DNA from: Perkinsus chesapeaki ATCC PRA-425
Lineage: Eukaryota > Protista > Perkinsozoa
Direction of reading: 5' to 3'
Length of the DNA: 64,000 nucleotides
NCBI GenBank assembly: GCA_013115145.1
Contig: JAAPAO010000138.1
Location: 1,243 to 65,242 of the forward strand
Under the pieces are notes generated by a model that ran no database searches, was not told where the DNA came from, and saw only the letters and a list, made by a program, of their open reading frames with translations. How positions within the stretch are numbered: position 1 is the first letter of the stretch; each line of letters begins with the position of its first letter. Positions 62,101-64,000 of this stretch are shown one piece after another. A program made the position numbers and the translations under genes.

Positions 62101-63758
62101 CAATGGTGTACCGAGGAGATCGGAACCCTTCACAGTAGCCAGCTGTACAGGGCAATCCTCCCCTGAGAAATAACGAATAATAAGGTCACCCCCACCCGGA
62201 CTGATACCATCTTCATTCTTGGTCTTCGGACCTAGATCCTGCATGACCATATTGAGGGCCGATCTATAGCTGCAAACAAAGGCCTAAAGACACTCTTACA
62301 GAAGAAAAGAGCATGAATGATTCTACCTCTCCATTATTCATCTGGAAGATACCATACTCAGCATCAGGTAGAACAAAGCAGTTAGTCTGGCCATACATAG
62401 TCTCAGGCCTTAAAGTAGCTGCTACGAAGAAGACCTTGTTATCACCTGAATAATACGGTAAGGATGCCTTCTAGAACCACGACGCTATTACCGGTATTCC
62501 ACTCAGGCTTAACCTTTTGGACTTCCATCTTAATAAGAGTATACTCCTGAGGATTCACACCCTCTCCAGATGAACGATCGTGATCAGCGCAGGGCTGGCC
62601 ATCGCCTACACAGAGCCATTAACTCATTAATAAGTATTGGCAATCCTACGAATTGAATAAATGGTAGGGCGGTTGCCGAATGCCAGGCGATTGCCAGCCT
62701 TAAGGTGACGGAACTGCCACTGGACAAAGGCGTCCTAAAAAAGCATAAAAACCTCTATTAGTGCATCTCAAAGCTCACGAAAAAGGGGTTGGCATCGGTG
62801 GTGATGAAACTACGCCTCCAATCCACAGCAACACCAAAACGTTTGAGATCACGTTTGCCCAGTGGGGGGAAGTATTCCAACCAATGCTGGGGTTCGCAAA
62901 ACTGATAAAGAAAGAGTGTGGTATAACGAAGAGCAACATGCAAGCCACCTTAGGTATCTCCTCATCAGGGATGCCCATGCTCTTAAGGATTTCTATTTGG
63001 CTGAGGCCACCAGTCTTGGCCTTTGTCTTGGATTTGTTAGAGTGGAAGATGCCCACTGCCTTACGCTCCAAGGAGGCCATACCTGTATCACACTGTAATA
63101 ATTTCAATGATAATGCGGTATGCACTACTTTCACTAGATGTTTGCTGGCCTTGTTCAGAACCCTCAGGGCCGCTAGATTCGTCCTCACTATGCAAAGCAT
63201 GCTCTAACTCCCGCTTGAGGTTACCTGACAACCATTGAGATCTCACCAATTCGTGATAATGTCTCACCTGCAGCAGCTTGAATAGGCATACCAGTACAGT
63301 GAAAACCGAAAGGGAAGAGCGCCTAACAATAGTGTCCTTCCCTCTCTAGGAGTACCCCTCCTATTACATTCTTTCCCTTAAGAGACTGGTATCGTACAGC
63401 AAACTCTGCCTTAGTGAGTGAGAAAGCATGCCCCAAATGGAGCATACCGTTCATATAGGGTATAGCGAAGGTAACCATGAAGTGCTCCTAACATCCGAAC
63501 ACCAGCACTTTCCCCTCCCGAGACACGTCGCCACTACCGGAGCATCCTTGGCACCCTCCTCCGGGGCGTTCCGCTCATACACGTGAGCATCCTCCCATTT
63601 CTTCTGAGCTGACTGCTCGTACTCGACAAGCTTATCACGTCGAGTGAAGTTTCCTAAGGTTTGTACAATAGCTATATGAGCCGATGATGAAAGACTCCCC
63701 CCGGATTCCAAGCTGTCCTCGAAAGTATCTTACCTGATTGATTCTCAGTTGTAGCCAT
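59125..63758 (-). CDS. LARS: Cytosolic leucyl-tRNA synthetase
   Basis: [11 protein letters not shown] (HIGH), [10 protein letters not shown] (KMSKS), editing motif [22 protein letters not shown]; many short introns. Confidence 0.97.
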
Positions 63759-64000
63759 GATATTGGATATCAATGAAGTGTTGTTGATTAGCCGCACTGT
63801 ACGGTGAAAGGAACGTGAACCGAGCGCGGTAATCGTTCAAGGAGTCGGCAACGACAACAACGGCAGCCGGAGATGAGAAAGCGTTGAGGAAATGCAAGTG
63901 AGCAAGATTAACCGCAACCCCTCAACTTTGTGGCGTGCGAAGGCTCACCGCCGTTCTCGCTCGCCAAGATATCTTTTTGTGTAGAAGAAACCGCTAGGCT

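Noticed and set aside
1909-63200. Numerous 60-150 aa ORFs antisense to or overlapping identified genes (e.g. 22311-22739, 43739-44179, 62775-63200)
   Set aside because: They are shadow frames of real exons with no independent motifs.
1-64000. CRISPR arrays, rRNA, reverse transcriptase/integrase or TIR elements
   Set aside because: No spaced repeats, rRNA motifs, YxDD RT motif, DDE transposase or terminal inverted repeats were recognised.

Overview
Gene-dense eukaryotic genomic DNA with many short (mostly about 40-70 nt) GT-AG introns. The gene set (beta-alpha fused NAD(P) transhydrogenase, CBM20-TPS-TPP with a DNEGT motif, small intronless secreted paralogs) suggests an alveolate, probably Perkinsus-like; this is inference, not a database result. 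About 25 protein-coding genes can be read by hand, including TMTC, GH20 hexosaminidase, an ERCC4 nuclease, NNT, SEN34, SmD1, TPS/TPP-like, an IQ-motif protein, NOB1, syntaxin, WW-Yip1, CUE-PUB-CAP, TBC1D23-like, PRP19, a DedA/VTT protein, a VWA-like protein, a ChAPs protein and LeuRS. Three full-length tRNA genes (Ala-AGC, two Ile-AAT) and a 3'-half tRNA-Ala lie inside one 2.2-kb intron of NNT, and two more tRNA relics occur elsewhere. No CRISPR array, rRNA, reverse transcriptase or recognisable transposase was seen. Best leads: the intron-nested tRNA cluster with an att-like tRNA-half duplication, a possibly mitochondrion-targeted ERCC4 nuclease, an SmD1 whose RG tail is replaced by (GK)8, a CUE-PUB-CAP fusion and a doubly degenerate TPS/TPP. 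Spliced gene boundaries were reconstructed manually and some ends are approximate.
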